Position numbers and translations under genes: made by a program
Shown: positions 61,100 to 64,000 of the stretch, one piece after another
Layout of the letters: each line of letters starts with the position of its first letter
Position numbering within the stretch: the first letter of the stretch is position 1
Source of the DNA: Octopus bimaculoides
Taxonomy: Eukaryota
Reading direction: 5' to 3'
Length of the DNA: 64,000 nucleotides
Assembly (NCBI RefSeq): GCF_001194135.2
Contig: NC_068986.1
Location: 64,816,247-64,880,246, forward strand
Notes under the pieces: generated by a model
Told to the model about the DNA's origin: nothing
What the model saw: the letters and a program-made list of their open reading frames with translations, nothing else
The model's database searches: none

Positions 61100-62950
61100 T
61101 TTAGTTTAAGATCTTTATCTCGATGTAAAAGATTTCCAGCTCATGTCTTCTTTACACCTTAGGTCCTTCTGGTTATATCTCTCGAGTATTTTGATGTAAT
61201 GATGCAAGCATTATAGATGCAAAGCTTAATCGTCAGTTTCAAATCCCTTGTTTCTTCAGACTAATTTTTCCGGTGTCCCAAACGCATATGAATCCTTCTC
61301 AATCCTCAAGCTGATTTCAGAATTTAAGGATTCCTCCACAGAGGCAGAACAGCCAAAATACATAGAATCCACTACATCAAGTTTACTTCCTAGCACAAGT
61401 ATATTTGGTTCCATATGGATCTCTCCTGAATCAGGTATAGACATCCCTCGGTCTTCTTTCAGCTTGAAAGCAGAACAGGCACCGGAGAAGAGGTTCATAT
61501 TTTGAGTATTTTGTTCCGCATGAACCATAATCGTCAGCATGCAACACATCGTGACTAAGGGTCTTTTTAAAAACAATTCAGATTAAGTGGTTTATCTGTT
61601 ATGCAATAATGGATATAGTCCTTAAATGTATGAACAATCGAGCACTGCAGATTATATGGAGAACAAAGCTGGTGCAGGTATATACCCCTGTTTAACGACA
61701 CCGTGCAATTTTAACTTTGTTGTGGTGATTCGAAACCTAACCGCTTCGTAACCGGTCAGACGCAACAACCGAACCACAATAGTTTCACAATAGCAACCAA
61801 TAAGCGTCAAGCCATTGTGTGATTTAATCTTCTATAATTTTCTTGTACTTTACAAAGAACCACTTAGGCGCCTACACTCCTTGCAGAATGTTGCGGCAGC
61901 TGAGCGACGTCTCCATTCTTGCCATACATATGGCCCAGGCAGACAGCCTAGTTAGACGGCCTAGACAGACGAGTAAGAGCCTCCATCATCACAAAGATAA
62001 CACAATTGTTTTTAGATATACTGGGCAAGCCGCCTGTTGCCATATCAATAGTTTTCTGTAAACTCAGAGGAGTATCTCTTTCCCAGTCTGTAATTATTGC
62101 TGTCGCTAATTGTAAAAAGTCAACGCAGTTTATCTTTATCTGCCATAATAAATTCTTCAGTTAAATGTTCATGAGTGTTGTTCAGTTACTTTTTCATACA
62201 ATCAAGAAACACATTTTTATTCATTAACTCAACCAGCTACCACAGCAGCCTTGACGATACACCATTAATATATTCGTGACATCTGGTAACACAGTCAACT
62301 TCTATGTTAAAATTATTATTGATTTCTTCAATAACACGGTGCTGTAGTAGATCTTCTATGACTTTCACATACTTTCAACACTTTCAGACTCTTTAGAATT
62401 TCTTCAGTATCACTGGGTAAAGTAGATCTAACATTGGAATGGAAAGGGGCAGTAGTTGATTGACTAGGACCAAATACCTGTTTCAGCAAGCTGTACAAAA
62501 ATTTTGGAGTATTTTTCATCAAAAACCAGTTGAATATGCTCAACCACTATGTGTTCTTCACTGCCTTATTTTCATGTTTATTTATAGTGCTTCAATAATT
62601 CTGCTATTTTCTAACGTTCCTTTCAAGGTAAATTTTGTTTGAGGAATTTCTCGTGTAGTTCATATTTATGCTTGATGTCCAGAAACTGAGATATTTCTGA
62701 AATATTTTTATTGAACCAATCACCGTACTTGTGCGTCCTGAAACCCAAGCTATTGATAGCAGTGACATAAACGGTTCGTTCGAAGTCTGACTAATGACCC
62801 ACCAGACGATGAATTTGCTAGAGCTTCACGAAAAGATGCAGATTTTGTTGGATTTCGGAGTTTGTCAGCATTTCGAAACATTTGAGTTATTTGTAAACAT
62901 TTTCCTAATAATAAACTTCAACATTACTCATATCAGGTAGCGATCCGTTC
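61100..62950 (-). mobile_element. Old degenerate RTE-clade LINE ORF2
   Basis: GFRTHKYGDWFNKN; YSLLKQVFGP..STLPSDTEEILK; NLFSGACSAFKL; YFGCSASVEESLNSEISLRIEKDSYAFG. Confidence 0.7.
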
Positions 62951-63149
62951 AACACGTGGCACCATGTAAAATTTTAACACTACCAGGAAGACGAATGTCA
63001 CATACACACACGCACTCGCGCACACATACACATATATTTTCCTTCTTATAGTATTTTAGCTTCTTTTTAGAATACAGGAAGCTGGTTTCTAATAAAGAAA
63101 CAAAAGTTCCATCATTGGGGTTGGGATAACAGCAACGATAATCGTTGCA

Positions 63150-63850
63150 TTTCGACCTTTAAGATAATTTTGCATATTTTCACTGTTCCACCCATAAATT
63201 GCGTCTGTAAAGTTCATGTTAACCGGGCTCTTTCTTTGCTTGAAAATCCTAGCATCTCCAGATTGTGGCTTAGGAATTTACAAACCTATCAGAGTGCACC
63301 AATAATTATTGGCATGAATGTAAATATGCAATAAAAACTAGAGGTATGGTAGATTTCGAAGCAAATTGTCTATAGATATTCGCTTCCTCGCTGATTCTGG
63401 AAGAAATATTCACATCTGCAGGACAACCGACCTCAATGACAGTACATGATCTTTCTTTTCTGACCCAGAAGTGAGGTCTATTATGCTTGTAGTTGGTTTG
63501 AAATTTCCAATGGTATGTTCCACAAATATCCCTTGTAATATTATGTGTATGTAGTCCATAGCAGGAGTGTTGCTTATATGTATCCCAAGGCAATCTTTCC
63601 CGCGAAGGGCATTACATATTGCTTCAGCAATAACATCAGCAGTAGGAGGTAGTACCTTGATGATATTTTTGGACAGTGACTGATTACACCGTGCTATGTC
63701 CTCCACAAAATAATGATATTATCGACACATGCTGTTGCATCTTTGGATTTCAAGCGACTCGTTTGTTCATGTAGCTAAATGCACTCTTGGAGTGTATATG
63801 CATAGCCTTCGTGATGTGATGTAGCAGTTGCGACTAGAAGAAGTTACACA
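63150..63850 (-). mobile_element. R4/Dong-like LINE 3' end (CCHC plus restriction-like endonuclease)
   Basis: CNSMCR*YH..EDI..DVIAEAICNAL and HNRP..CTVIEVGCPADVNI..Y. Confidence 0.65.
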
Positions 63851-63947
63851 TCATTTTCGTATGGTCATCCTTTTATAGTTCATGACAAATATACACATGC
63901 ATAACAATTTTGTAGTATGTAAAGTATTTTCTTTCAACTATTTACTG

Positions 63948-64000
<53 letters not shown>
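63948..64000. repeat. (CA)n microsatellite
   Basis: Direct reading. Confidence 0.95.

Noticed and set aside
1-64000. CRISPR arrays, rRNA or prokaryotic operons
   Set aside because: None seen; the sequence is spliceosomal-intron-containing animal DNA.

Overview
AT-rich, repeat-dense animal genomic DNA. The SINE/LINE repertoire and microsatellite load look like a coleoid cephalopod such as Octopus (inference, not proven). It has four assembly gaps. Two host genes sit head-to-head about 1.1 kb apart: an intronless OGFOD2-type 2OG-Fe(II) dioxygenase (13788-14822, minus) and a 16-coding-exon PKMYT1/Myt1 kinase (15925-47499, plus, about 545 aa by my hand splicing). PKMYT1 appears to use three intron types: ordinary GT-AG, a GC-AG last intron, and a U12-type intron 2 (GTATCCTTTT donor) whose best-fitting acceptor is non-AG (GT-AT or GT-AC). 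The rest is mobile DNA. It includes a TRT/DD37E-like Tc1 remnant, a two-LTR Ty3/Gypsy element lacking RT and most of RNase H, RTE/CR1/R4-type LINE pieces, tRNA-derived SINEs, hAT and Helentron-like MITEs, and a Penelope-like RT remnant between long inverted arms. There is also a head-to-head palindrome of tRNA-headed elements that each carry a minimal hammerhead ribozyme. Translations, alignments and family assignments were done by eye from remembered motifs. No database search was run, and repeat boundaries are approximate unless TSDs or termini are quoted.
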